Part shown: piece by piece, positions 19,815-29,576 of the stretch
Position numbering within the stretch: position 1 is the stretch's first letter
Layout of the letters: each line of letters starts with the position of its first letter
Source: an uncultured cyanobacterium
GTDB taxonomy: Bacteria > Cyanobacteriota > Cyanobacteriia > Cyanobacteriales > Cyanobacteriaceae
NCBI GenBank assembly: GCA_963710605.1
Contig: CAVQBA010000007.1
Span: 416,001 to 480,000 of the forward strand
Length of the DNA: 64,000 bases
Direction of reading: 5' to 3'
Made by a program: the position numbers and the translations under genes
The notes under the pieces: generated by a model
The model's input: only the letters and a program-made list of their open reading frames with translations
What the model was told of the DNA's origin: nothing
Database searches by the model: none

Positions 19815-20969
19815 ATGAAAAGATTTCCCGATTATATTTTTGAAAATAATTTATTCGCCTCTAATTATTATCTTAAAAAATTCCTAGGTAGTGGGCAATT
19901 TGGAGCAGTTTATTTAGCAGATGAAGTAATAGATGGAAATAAATTTCGTGAGGTAGCTGTTAAAATTATTCAGAAATCTAATGATTCTATACATCAGAAA
20001 TTAATTACCCGTGAGTTGCAAATAGCTTGCAACTTAAACCACTCAAATATTTTGCAATGTTTCTGTCCAGTAAAAGGTTCTCTTGCCTACACTGATAATC
20101 AGACGAATCAAACGAGAATTAATTCATATAAAGGTTTGGTGATGGAGATTGCCTCACTCAGTTTGGAGAGTTATTTGAAGAAAAAACGACTTTCAGAAAA
20201 AGAAGTTCGAGATATAATTATTGAAATTACTGAAGGTTTAGCCTATTTGCATAGCAGAATTCCTCCTGTTGTACATAGAGATCTTAAACCAGCTAACATA
20301 TTACAGGTAGATGGAATTTGGAAACTAGCAGACTTCGGTATTGCTCGTCCTTTAGATAACGGTTCGATCGCTTATACTCAAGTAGTAGGAACGCCTCAAT
20401 ATATATCTCCAGAAGCATTAAAAGACGAGATAGTTTCAACAGCAGGAGATATGTGGGCTTTAGGTATTATTATTATTGAAATGCTTAGTGGACAATATCC
20501 CTATTCTTTATCAGGAAATTCGATACGGGTTTTATGTCAACGTATTAAAAATGAAAAACCTAATATTCCTCCTTTACCTGCTCCCTTCGATCGAATTGTT
20601 AAGAATTGTTTAGTTAAAGACCGAAAACAACGTTGGACTGCTCAACAAGTACTTGATGTTTTGCAAGAAACAGTAACAGTACCTAACTCTGTTACCACCG
20701 TAATACCGAATAATGATACTAATACAATAATACCTAGTGACTCGATGAGTCAAAAATCTAGCTCTACCAAGCCAACAAAAACGGTCGATCCTGACCTAAA
20801 AACACCTAGCAGATCGTCACAGACAGTTGTTGACTCTTCTTTTCCTCTTTGGCAAAAGGTCGCTATCTCGGCTGTTTTGATGGTGGGTATGATAAGTGGA
20901 ATTTCTGTTTTTTCAAGTTTACCTAATCCTTTTATTGAAAAAGAAGAAAGTCCTCGTCCTGCTTGGTAA
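19815..20969 (+). CDS. Hanks-type Ser/Thr protein kinase with C-terminal TM anchor
   Basis: LGSGQFG, VAVK, HRDLKPAN, DFG, GTPQYISPE; TM segment VAISAVLMVGMISGISVF. Confidence 0.95.
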   Translation: MKRFPDYIFENNLFASNYYLKKFLGSGQFGAVYLADEVIDGNKFREVAVKIIQKSNDSIHQKLITRELQIACNLNHSNILQCFCPVKGSLAYTDNQTNQTRINSYKGLVMEIASLSLESYLKKKRLSEKEVRDIIIEITEGLAYLHSRIPPVVHRDLKPANILQVDGIWKLADFGIARPLDNGSIAYTQVVGTPQYISPEALKDEIVSTAGDMWALGIIIIEMLSGQYPYSLSGNSIRVLCQRIKNEKPNIPPLPAPFDRIVKNCLVKDRKQRWTAQQVLDVLQETVTVPNSVTTVIPNNDTNTIIPSDSMSQKSSSTKPTKTVDPDLKTPSRSSQTVVDSSFPLWQKVAISAVLMVGMISGISVFSSLPNPFIEKEESPRPAW

Positions 20970-21029
20970 ACACCTCAAACTGAATAAAAATATTTTTACT
21001 TTTATAACTCGTTATATTTATTAAAAACT

Positions 21030-21647
21030 ATGAAACCTACATTCTCTATCTCAAGCTTTTTTGTTTTATTTAGCACTTATTTCATCCTTCAGGGTTGCCA
21101 AAACTTTAAACAAACACAAGCAGCCACATCAGCGGAGTTCTATTGTGATGAAAAAAACTTGCAAACAAAAGTTGAATCACACTCATATGATAATCCACTC
21201 ACTGTTATTAATTGGAGACAAGATAATGATTACTTTGGAGATGAATGGACTCCGCTAAAAAGATGTCAAGAAGTTTCTCGTCGATTTCAAAATATCTACG
21301 AACGAGATGGCTTGAAGTATATTCAAACCGATCTTGCTCAATGGAAAGATAGAGATATAGCCATTGTCTGTAGTGTCAAAGTTAAGGATACTCGTTGTGA
21401 AGAAAACGATCTTTTGTTGACTTTAGAAAATAAAGACGACCCTAACCAAGTTTTAGGTGATTTAAAAGCTTTCAAAGAAAATCCAATCAATAACAGAGAA
21501 TTAACAAGAGGCGAAAATTCACCAAAAACTTTTTCCGAAGGTAAAAGAGATGTTTATGACATTGAAGAAATATTAAGTTTACCAGAACCACCAAAGCAGT
21601 CAGAAAACAATACTGACTCTTCTGAAACTCCAAAATCAGCATGGTAA
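21030..21647 (+). CDS. COP23-domain lipoprotein
   Basis: Lipobox-like ILQGC; FYC...VINW...WTPLKRCQEVSRRFQ...IVC...C...LLLTL...DPNQVL pattern of COP23. Confidence 0.8.
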   Translation: MKPTFSISSFFVLFSTYFILQGCQNFKQTQAATSAEFYCDEKNLQTKVESHSYDNPLTVINWRQDNDYFGDEWTPLKRCQEVSRRFQNIYERDGLKYIQTDLAQWKDRDIAIVCSVKVKDTRCEENDLLLTLENKDDPNQVLGDLKAFKENPINNRELTRGENSPKTFSEGKRDVYDIEEILSLPEPPKQSENNTDSSETPKSAW

Positions 21648-21853
21648 TAAGATTGCTTTGAAAATTACTTAATAAATTGGACTAGATTCAAAAAACAAAA
21701 AGATAAATAGATAAAATTCCTGCTCATTCCTCAACCCCTCTGTTCGTGTCAAGCATCCCCTTACTATTCTCTTGTATCTAACCTTCAAAGAAAAAATTAG
21801 TGACTTACTCATAATAACGATTACTTTGTTTTGTGGAAATTGGTATCACTGTC

Positions 21854-21911
21854 TTTTCCATCTACTTTCCATCTGTTTTCTATTTCTTCTTCTGGTCGAT
21901 TTTGGTAATCT
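21854..21911 (+). promoter_or_regulatory. Triple 11-bp direct repeat plus -10 box, copy 2
   Basis: TTTTCCATCTA/CTTTCCATCTG/TTTTCTATTTC at 21854-21886, then TGG-TAATCT with the hexamer at 21906. Confidence 0.55.
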
Positions 21912-21949
21912 AAATAGGTAACGATCGATTTAAGAAACTGGAGATAAAA

Positions 21950-22177
21950 ATGAAAATTGCTGGTTTAATCATTAATATATTTTTTCCTGGTATTGGAACT
22001 ATAATGGCAGGAAAAACAACCCAAGGAATTATTCAAATTGTTTTAATCATCATTGGTATAATTTGTAATTTAACTCTTATTTTGGCAATTATTGGTATCC
22101 CTCTTTGTTTTATCACTTGGATTTGGGGAATTGTCAGTGCGGCGACTGCTCTAGAAGGTAACAAACCTGAATCTTAA
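21950..22177 (+). CDS. Small multi-TM protein (TM2/SPEC3-like PGxG motif)
   Basis: GGAG ribosome-binding site; NIFFPGIGTI...GIIQ...WIWGI, almost entirely hydrophobic. Confidence 0.75.
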   Translation: MKIAGLIINIFFPGIGTIMAGKTTQGIIQIVLIIIGIICNLTLILAIIGIPLCFITWIWGIVSAATALEGNKPES

Positions 22178-22325
22178 CTTTGTTTCTCATAGTAAAAGTC
22201 GATCGCTAATTTTAGATATAGTGATACCAACTCTCACAAAATAAAAATACAGATCAATCCCCCTCTATCCCCCTCTATCCCCCTTTGAAAGGGGGAAGGA
22301 AGATAAGCAGATGCTTCGTTTTTGT

Positions 22326-22362
22326 GTCTTGGTACGCTCTTCCGTCAGTGGGATCGCACCGC
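22326..22362. mobile_element. GTCTTGGT...ACCGC mini-element (37 bp) inside a REP/MITE starting at about 22217
   Basis: Same termini and spacing as the elements at 29577-29677; absent from the related host repeats at about 30470 and 38640. Confidence 0.6.
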
Positions 22363-22461
22363 TTTGGGAGGACTTGATGACCACAACTGTTGCTTTCTTT
22401 TATCTAAATTGGGATGAAATACTTTTACTCGCTTTATTTTACAATTTATGAAAAAAAAATT

Positions 22462-22680
22462 ATGTTAAGTCAAAGAGATTATAAAATTAAAAAAATAGGT
22501 CTTTATTTGTTGCTATTTTCTTTAGGATTAGGTTATTTAAAAGCGTTTTCAGCTTTAAACCTTTATAGCTTAACGAGTGACTATAGTTCAGTATTAATCG
22601 TACAATTTTGTACTCTTATTAGTGTTTTGGGTATCGATCGTTACAGAAAGAAAAACCTTAAGAACAAATTTTTAAAATAA
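22462..22680 (+). CDS. Small two-TM hypothetical protein
   Basis: MLSQRDYKIKKIGLYLLLF...; two hydrophobic segments and a basic tail; start could be 22414. Confidence 0.5.
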   Translation: MLSQRDYKIKKIGLYLLLFSLGLGYLKAFSALNLYSLTSDYSSVLIVQFCTLISVLGIDRYRKKNLKNKFLK

Positions 22681-22902
22681 GTTTTGATAAATGTTGTTTA
22701 AAGAAGAATTAACATATTCAACTAGTTAGTTATTTTGTCCTTTATAATTTTCTAAACACAAAGAATAATGCGAGTGGATTTGAGAATTTTAGTTTAAAAG
22801 ACATTTTTTGATTAGATTAAGACAGCCTAATCTATATTAATTAGCGATTGTAGCTTGAACTAGTAAACACCACATAAACCAATTATTTTCAAGGTAAAAA
22901 CG

Positions 22903-25900
22903 ATGAAAAAAAGATTCTCAAAATTTTTTAGATTACTTTTAGTTAGTTTAGCTGTTGTCGGTCAAGTTTCTTCTCTCAAATCTGTTCACGCCTCGATAGA
23001 CCTTATTCAGGCAAGGGAAGAATCCGATGAAACGATCGAAAAAAAGTTATCCGAGCAATTACAAGAGTTTGAAAAACTTGATGATTCGGAAGTAGAGCAA
23101 AAAAAAGAAATTTTATCTCAAATGTGTAGGGTTGAATTAAAATCCAGCAAAAAAGAAGTAAGTGTTGAATATTGCGATCGATTTATTTCTTTGTACAACA
23201 AAAACTCTAACTTAGAATTAGCCAACGAAGTATGTTCAAGTATTCCAATTCATTTAGAAAAGATTAAAAATTTAAAACAAGAAAGTTTAGAGACTGCTTT
23301 GAAAGCTTGTCAAAAAGTTATTTCAAATATTGAGACTGTAGAAGAGTCATCTCAATATCAATACTCATTTGTAGCCCTGTCAATAAATTTAAACAATCTT
23401 TTTAATCTTTTAGGAAAGTATTCTGAAGCCGAAACTTTTTATGAAAATTTACTAACCAACCTTGACAAACAGTTTAATCAAATTGGTAAAAATGAATCTG
23501 AATCTAACAATCCATTTTTTAATTTAGAATCCGCACAAAAAGAGTTTGCAGAGGATAAAATCTATACCACTCTCAACTTTTTGGGAGACATACATTTTGC
23601 TACTGAAAATTACAATCGAGCGATTGATTTTTACCTAAAAGCAGATCGAATTTATCAAGATGCGACTGAGAAATTCGAGGCTTTAGGCCCTTATTTTATG
23701 ATGGCTGACCCAATCCGTATAGTTGGAGTTGGTGGTGCAATATATTTTCCTTCCTATCTTCGAGCCAAAAGTTTTATTGGTAGTAGAGCTAGACTAGCCT
23801 ATGCTTTAGTAAAGCAGAAAAAGTTTGAAGATGCCAATAAATATTTAACTGAAGCTATTACTCAGTTAGAAATTGAATCTACAGATCAAATAAAAAAAGA
23901 CAATTCAATTGTTTTCCAAGAAATTGGATCACTTTTATACACCACACAACAATCTATATTTATAAATCAAAAAAAATATTCTCAGGCTCTGGAGCTTGCC
24001 GATCGTTCTCGCTCAATCGTTAATAATCTAGGTTTAAAAATAGGTGAAGAAGCTTTTACATACGATGAAATGAAAGCTTTAGCTCAAAAGCAAAACACTA
24101 CCTTTGTGGTTTATTCTATTCCCGATCGTATTCAATACGACTACAAAACTTTTACAGCCCGACAAAATAAAGTTTTTATTTGGGTAATTCAACCAAATGG
24201 CGATCTTAAGTTTGAACAAGTCGATCTTGATAGTAATTTAGCACAAAATAAATCTAACTTTAAAACGATAGTCAGTTCAGCTAACACAGAATTTACAGCT
24301 AAATTTTTAATAATTGGAGTTGGAATAATAGTTTTATTTTCTTTATGTTTAATCAAAAAAAATAAAGTTTCAACTGGATTAATCGGTATTATTCTCATAG
24401 CTTTATCTCTACAATCATGTAATAGCTTTCCAGCAAATCGGGGAACTTCACCACAATTAATATCAAGTGAAGGTGAAAACTTATCAGAATTAATAGAAAA
24501 CGCAGTATTAGAAATTATAGATCCTACTTTGGCAAAAGATGATGATTCGTCTAGACAAACAGAACAACAAAATGAAGAAAGTTTACAGACCCTTTATAAT
24601 ATATTGATTGAGCCGATCGCTAAGTTTTTACCTAACAATCCTGAAGAGCATATAGTTTTTGTGCCTCACCGTGGATTACATAATATTCCTTTTGCGGCTC
24701 TTAAAGACTCGAAGGAAAAATATCTGATTGAAAATCACACCATCCAAATATCGCCTTCATTGCAAACTTACCAAGCTATCTTAGAAAGAGCCGCTAACCG
24801 CATTACTTCTGGCGATGAATACTTAATTGTTGGCAACCCGATCATGCCAGAAGTCTCTTTTGGTGATTTTGGAGAGCCTAAACCAATCGCTCAGCTACCA
24901 GGGACAGAAATTGAGGCGAAAGAAATTGCTAAAATTTATGGAACAGAACCTTTAATTGGTAAAGATGCTACTGTAGATGCTGTAACCGATCGGCTTTTCG
25001 ATGCCAAAATTATCCACTTAGCAACTCATGCTTTTCTTGATGTTGGCTCATATAGGCGGTCGGCTTTTATTCTGACTCCTCATTCAGATGACAATGAGTA
25101 TCAAAAAGGAATTTTAGATACATACGAACTATACAATAATCGTTCACTTACCCAAATGGCTGTGCTAAGTGCCTGTGACACAGGATTAGGAATAGAGACA
25201 GTAGAAGGAAACTTGGGTTTAACCCGTCCTTTTCTTGTTTCTGGTATCCCTACAATTGTTTCTACCCTTTGGTCAGTTTACGACGAACCTACAACCGAGT
25301 TAATGATCGATTTTCATCATAGATTGACAACTACCTCTAACAAGGCACAAGCTCTGCGACAAGCAATGTTAGCTACCAAGGAACAACGTCCTGAACCCGT
25401 GAACTGGGCAGGTTTTATTCTGACAGGTTTAGCCGAACTTCCCGAACCTTCCCCATCGGCTCAAAAAGTAGTTGGTCAGATGGTATGTCGAAATCTTTTT
25501 AATACTAGTGAATTAGATGGAACCTCTAGAGACTTGTTATCGGCAACACTCGAATCATCTAATTCTGGCTTTGTTCTTTCAATGACTTCAGCAAATTTGA
25601 GAGGAAGTTCTAAAATCACAAAAAGGCAAGTAGATTTCAACAATCAGTTAGTCATACAAGAGGTAAGAAACTATTCTGAAGAATCAGATGAGTGGTATCC
25701 TTGGAATATATATCACGCTACCGAGAACGGAAATTCTCTTGAGATTAAACCTGACGGCTCTTTTTCTTTCGGTACATATGACACTAGTCGTACTATTTGT
25801 AGTTTTAAAGGCAAACTTGAATTTATCGGTGATACAGCTAGTAAGTTACAACGACTTCAGGTTTATGATAAATCTTCCCAAAGCAATGATAGCGAAACTT

Positions 25901-26094
25901 TAATAGTTAAAGCGGGTGATGGTGTTGCTAATCTTCGTTCTAGCCCTACTACTCGAGCAAGTTTAATCGCTAAAATACCGAATGGTACAGAGGTTGTATA
26001 TTTGAATCGAACCACCAATAGCTCTCAACAGCTTTGGTATGAAGTACGAGTAGATGGTCAAGTTGGATGGTTATTTTCTGGATTACTTGAATAA
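22903..26094 (+). CDS. Exported TPR + CHAT (caspase-HetF) protease with an internal TM hairpin and C-terminal bacterial SH3 domain
   Basis: Signal peptide (...VHA-S), TPR-like helices, LHNIPFAAL, IIHLATH, VLSACDTG, WAGF; SH3 motif ANLRSSP...WYEVR...GW. Confidence 0.85.
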   Translation: MKKRFSKFFRLLLVSLAVVGQVSSLKSVHASIDLIQAREESDETIEKKLSEQLQEFEKLDDSEVEQKKEILSQMCRVELKSSKKEVSVEYCDRFISLYNKNSNLELANEVCSSIPIHLEKIKNLKQESLETALKACQKVISNIETVEESSQYQYSFVALSINLNNLFNLLGKYSEAETFYENLLTNLDKQFNQIGKNESESNNPFFNLESAQKEFAEDKIYTTLNFLGDIHFATENYNRAIDFYLKADRIYQDATEKFEALGPYFMMADPIRIVGVGGAIYFPSYLRAKSFIGSRARLAYALVKQKKFEDANKYLTEAITQLEIESTDQIKKDNSIVFQEIGSLLYTTQQSIFINQKKYSQALELADRSRSIVNNLGLKIGEEAFTYDEMKALAQKQNTTFVVYSIPDRIQYDYKTFTARQNKVFIWVIQPNGDLKFEQVDLDSNLAQNKSNFKTIVSSANTEFTAKFLIIGVGIIVLFSLCLIKKNKVSTGLIGIILIALSLQSCNSFPANRGTSPQLISSEGENLSELIENAVLEIIDPTLAKDDDSSRQTEQQNEESLQTLYNILIEPIAKFLPNNPEEHIVFVPHRGLHNIPFAALKDSKEKYLIENHTIQISPSLQTYQAILERAANRITSGDEYLIVGNPIMPEVSFGDFGEPKPIAQLPGTEIEAKEIAKIYGTEPLIGKDATVDAVTDRLFDAKIIHLATHAFLDVGSYRRSAFILTPHSDDNEYQKGILDTYELYNNRSLTQMAVLSACDTGLGIETVEGNLGLTRPFLVSGIPTIVSTLWSVYDEPTTELMIDFHHRLTTTSNKAQALRQAMLATKEQRPEPVNWAGFILTGLAELPEPSPSAQKVVGQMVCRNLFNTSELDGTSRDLLSATLESSNSGFVLSMTSANLRGSSKITKRQVDFNNQLVIQEVRNYSEESDEWYPWNIYHATENGNSLEIKPDGSFSFGTYDTSRTICSFKGKLEFIGDTASKLQRLQVYDKSSQSNDSETLIVKAGDGVANLRSSPTTRASLIAKIPNGTEVVYLNRTTNSSQQLWYEVRVDGQVGWLFSGLLE

Positions 26095-26713
26095 AATTTG
26101 AGTTTTAGTAAATCGAACAAGACATTATTTTTTTTACTAATTTCAAGAAGAACAAAAGTAATATTAAATATAAATAAAGTATGCTAAAGGAGTAAGGGCA
26201 GAATAATATTCTGCCCCTACAGTGGCTTGGTGATTTTTTAAAAAGATTGTGAAACCCGTGTGCTGTGGAAAATTTACAATCGAAAAAAGATGATATTTTT
26301 ATTCTTTATTTAATTGGCTAGTAAATTATTTTTTAAGCTAAATAAAATACTTAAACAAACCTTTTTTCTGTTCAAACTCTCTCGATCGAACTTGTGAGTT
26401 AAAACTATTAACCTCCTCTGCGTCCTCTGCGTTCTCTGCGGTTTTAAAAACTCTTAAAATTCAATACCTCAACAATTAACTTTAAGTAAATAAAATATAA
26501 CTATTACATTATAAAAGTTTAAACTTAACCTATTTCATGAATTCATTAAACATGAATATATATATACTTTTAGTTAATACAAAAGAAAAAATAAAGTTTT
26601 ATTTGTAATTAATAATACAGTCTATAACTTTTGGTAGATGACCATCACCGCAGAAAAAAAGATAATAAATCTAGATCAACAAAACTATATATAAAACAAA
26701 AAAAGAAAAAATT

Positions 26714-27586
26714 ATGGCAACTCAAGAGCGTCGTCCTACTCCTGATGATATACCACCACAACAGCTAGAATATTCTGCATCTCAAGCAGATATGACACCT
26801 CAACCTGATAGTGATTTATCTAACTATAAACCCGCAGGAAAACTAACTGGTAGAGTAGCTTTTATTACTGGTGCTGATTCAGGTATTGGTAGAGCAGTCG
26901 CGATCGCATATGCCATGGAAGGGGCAGAAGTAGCAATTTTCTATCATAGTAATGATGGAGATGCCGAACGTACTAAAGAAATGGTTAAAGAGATTGGTAA
27001 TAAAGATTGTTTGATTATCAAAGGTGATGTGCGTAAATATGAAGATTGTGAAAATGCGATCGCACAAGTAATTGAACGTTTTGGTAAGCTGAATATTCTC
27101 ATCAACAATGCGGCTTATCAAATGGTACAGAAAAAATTCGAGGATGTCACGATCGAACAATTTACTCGTACTATGGAAACAAACGTTTTTGGTTATTTTT
27201 ATATGGCAAAAGCGGCAGTACCTCATCTAAAAGAAGGTGATATTATTATCAATACAGGTAGTATTGTCGGTAAAATTGGTAAAGCCTTCCTCGTCGATTA
27301 TGCGGCTTCTAAAGGGGCTATACACACCTTTACTAAGTCTTTAGCTTTAAATTTAGGCGAACGTGGTATTCGTGTTAATGCAGTTGTACCAGGTCCTGTT
27401 TGGACACCTAATATTCCTGCGACTATGACAGCTAAGCAAGTTGATAATTATGACTCAGATGGTATTATCAAACGTACCGCTCAACCTGAAGAGTTAGCAC
27501 CTGTTTATGTATTTTTAGGTTCAGATGACGGTATTTTTGTAACTGGTGCACTTTATGATGTAACTGGTGGACAATTATCTGCGTAA
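26714..27586 (+). CDS. Short-chain dehydrogenase (general-stress YdaD/YhdF type)
   Basis: TGADSGIG, NNAA, YAASK, PGPVWTP. Confidence 0.9.
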   Translation: MATQERRPTPDDIPPQQLEYSASQADMTPQPDSDLSNYKPAGKLTGRVAFITGADSGIGRAVAIAYAMEGAEVAIFYHSNDGDAERTKEMVKEIGNKDCLIIKGDVRKYEDCENAIAQVIERFGKLNILINNAAYQMVQKKFEDVTIEQFTRTMETNVFGYFYMAKAAVPHLKEGDIIINTGSIVGKIGKAFLVDYAASKGAIHTFTKSLALNLGERGIRVNAVVPGPVWTPNIPATMTAKQVDNYDSDGIIKRTAQPEELAPVYVFLGSDDGIFVTGALYDVTGGQLSA

Positions 27587-27760
27587 TCATACTCTAACAG
27601 AAAAACGAGTCAGTTAGGACACCTAGATTAAGTTCCCCTCCTTCGATAAGGAGGGGTTAGGGGTGGTTGTGGTTAAACCGTAATTAATTAAATAAAACAA
27701 GACGTTGCACCAAATACGTCTCTACTATTATTGATAACCTTTTATCAAAATCTTATTGTT

Positions 27761-28096
27761 TTACTTCCAATCAGCTTCTGATTGTGCTAAGACATAACTG
27801 GCAACATTTTCAATTTGCTCAGGTTTCAAACGATTACCAAAGGCAGGCATCGCCGCTTTACCATTCATTACTTGGGTTTTGATTTTTTCGATATCGTACA
27901 TATCGTACTTTTCTAAAGCGTCTTTGAATAATGTTTTTTGACTACTAACAACATTTCTGCCTCCCATATGACATTGAGCACAGTTAGCACTAAAAACGGC
28001 TTTACCTGCTTGTGTATCAAAAGCGAAAGCAGGTTGGGCAAAACTTAAAGTAAGTAAAGTAAAAGATAATAGTAAAAAAGAAATTATTTTTTTCAT
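27761..28096 (-). CDS. petJ: Cytochrome c6
   Basis: Signal peptide ending [19 protein letters not shown] at 28096. Confidence 0.9.
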   Translation of the reverse strand: MKKIISFLLLSFTLLTLSFAQPAFAFDTQAGKAVFSANCAQCHMGGRNVVSSQKTLFKDALEKYDMYDIEKIKTQVMNGKAAMPAFGNRLKPEQIENVASYVLAQSEADWK

Positions 28097-28200
28097 GGAG
28101 AATTTTAACGTTAGCAATTTTTTTCTACATATATTTTCAACTAATACTTTGAGCTATGTCAAAAGACAACCTGTCAATCTTGTGATATTTGTTTATCTTT

Positions 28201-29550
28201 TTAAAGGGTAAAGGTGAAGTTATCTACTAAAGCACCCGGAATTAAAACACCTCCTAACGATCGAGATTCATATGTACCAGTATTAGGGATAAATTCCCGA
28301 AAATCAGTCAAAGCCAGTAAATTATCACCAAAAAAGGAATATAAAGAATCATCAAACCGTAAATCTTTAATCGTAGCGACAATTTTTCCATCTTCTACCC
28401 AAAAGCAACCATAACGAGTCATACCCGTAATTCTGCCTAAAGATCGATCGCTCCAGTTAAGATAATGTAAATTAGAAAGATATAAACCCGTACCAATATT
28501 CGCTAATATTTCAGCTTGAGTTAGCTTACCATTACCAATTTCAGGTGAGCGTAACCCTTCATAACCACTAGCATAATTAGAAATTAAACCATATTCGATT
28601 GCCGTACGACTACTAATTAAAGTATTAACTAATTCACCATTCACTATCAAAGGTAACTCATCAGCTGACATTTGACCTAAATCGTTGAATTGAGGTACAT
28701 TACCACTAGTAAAATTTTCTTTTAAATCGAATAAACTAGATAACGTTTTTCCTTGTCTGAGTTTAGCTAACGCACTCGCCCCTTGTTGCATTGAAGCCTC
28801 ACTAATTCCGCCCCAAGAAAACATACCCAATAAATCCGCAACCGCCGCCGGTGCAAGATAGGTGCGATAGTTACCAGGTTTAATTTCTTTGGTGGGTAAC
28901 TCTAGTTGTTGTAATTTTTTTTGGTTATCAGTAATTTGTTTTTGATAAGCGTTACTATCCCAATCTTTAGCTGAAAAAATACCCTTAATTGCTTTATTAT
29001 CGCTATTAATCAAAGAATAATCAACGAAAAAAGAATCAGTGGCAAACCAATGTTTTTGCCCTAAATTATTGTAATTTGCTCGTACGATTGTACCACTAGC
29101 ATACAAACCAGTAAAGTCTATACCTTGGGTAGGAGTCACGATTGCTTCTACTGCTAATTCTGGTGATAACAATTCAGCGGTATAAACTTCATGAGATGTG
29201 CCTTGGTTTTCAGGTAAAACAATATAAGCGTCTTCTGGTAAATCGTTGATTTGCGATCGTAAATAGTCTAAATTATCAATAGCAGTTTCTAAATCTACCT
29301 CTACATCTCCTGTCAAGGGAAAATTAGCCGAATTAGTCCGTTTGTTAGCAATAAACTTTAAGGAGACTTCTCCATCAATAACGATACCCGTTTGTCTTAC
29401 CTTAGCGTTATTCAAACGCAAGAAATGACTATTTTCGGCTCTTAGTTGTACAATTAAATATTGTTGTGATTGTGATTCTAACTGAGTAAATAAACGATCG
29501 CAAATTCGATTAAAAGATGTTTCCCAAGACTTGATTTGTGAATTAGCCAT
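28201..29550 (-). CDS. TldD/PmbA family protein
   Basis: RLNNAKVRQ, GITGMTR-like ITGMTRYGCFWVEDG, DLRFDDS. Confidence 0.85.
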   Translation of the reverse strand: MANSQIKSWETSFNRICDRLFTQLESQSQQYLIVQLRAENSHFLRLNNAKVRQTGIVIDGEVSLKFIANKRTNSANFPLTGDVEVDLETAIDNLDYLRSQINDLPEDAYIVLPENQGTSHEVYTAELLSPELAVEAIVTPTQGIDFTGLYASGTIVRANYNNLGQKHWFATDSFFVDYSLINSDNKAIKGIFSAKDWDSNAYQKQITDNQKKLQQLELPTKEIKPGNYRTYLAPAAVADLLGMFSWGGISEASMQQGASALAKLRQGKTLSSLFDLKENFTSGNVPQFNDLGQMSADELPLIVNGELVNTLISSRTAIEYGLISNYASGYEGLRSPEIGNGKLTQAEILANIGTGLYLSNLHYLNWSDRSLGRITGMTRYGCFWVEDGKIVATIKDLRFDDSLYSFFGDNLLALTDFREFIPNTGTYESRSLGGVLIPGALVDNFTFTL

Positions 29551-29576
29551 AAAGAAATGAGTAAGGAGTAATGAGT

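Noticed and set aside
24290-24370. PEP-CTERM-like sorting signal in the CHAT protein (given the exosortase)
   Set aside because: The segment is internal, lacks the PEP motif and is followed by a second hydrophobic helix.
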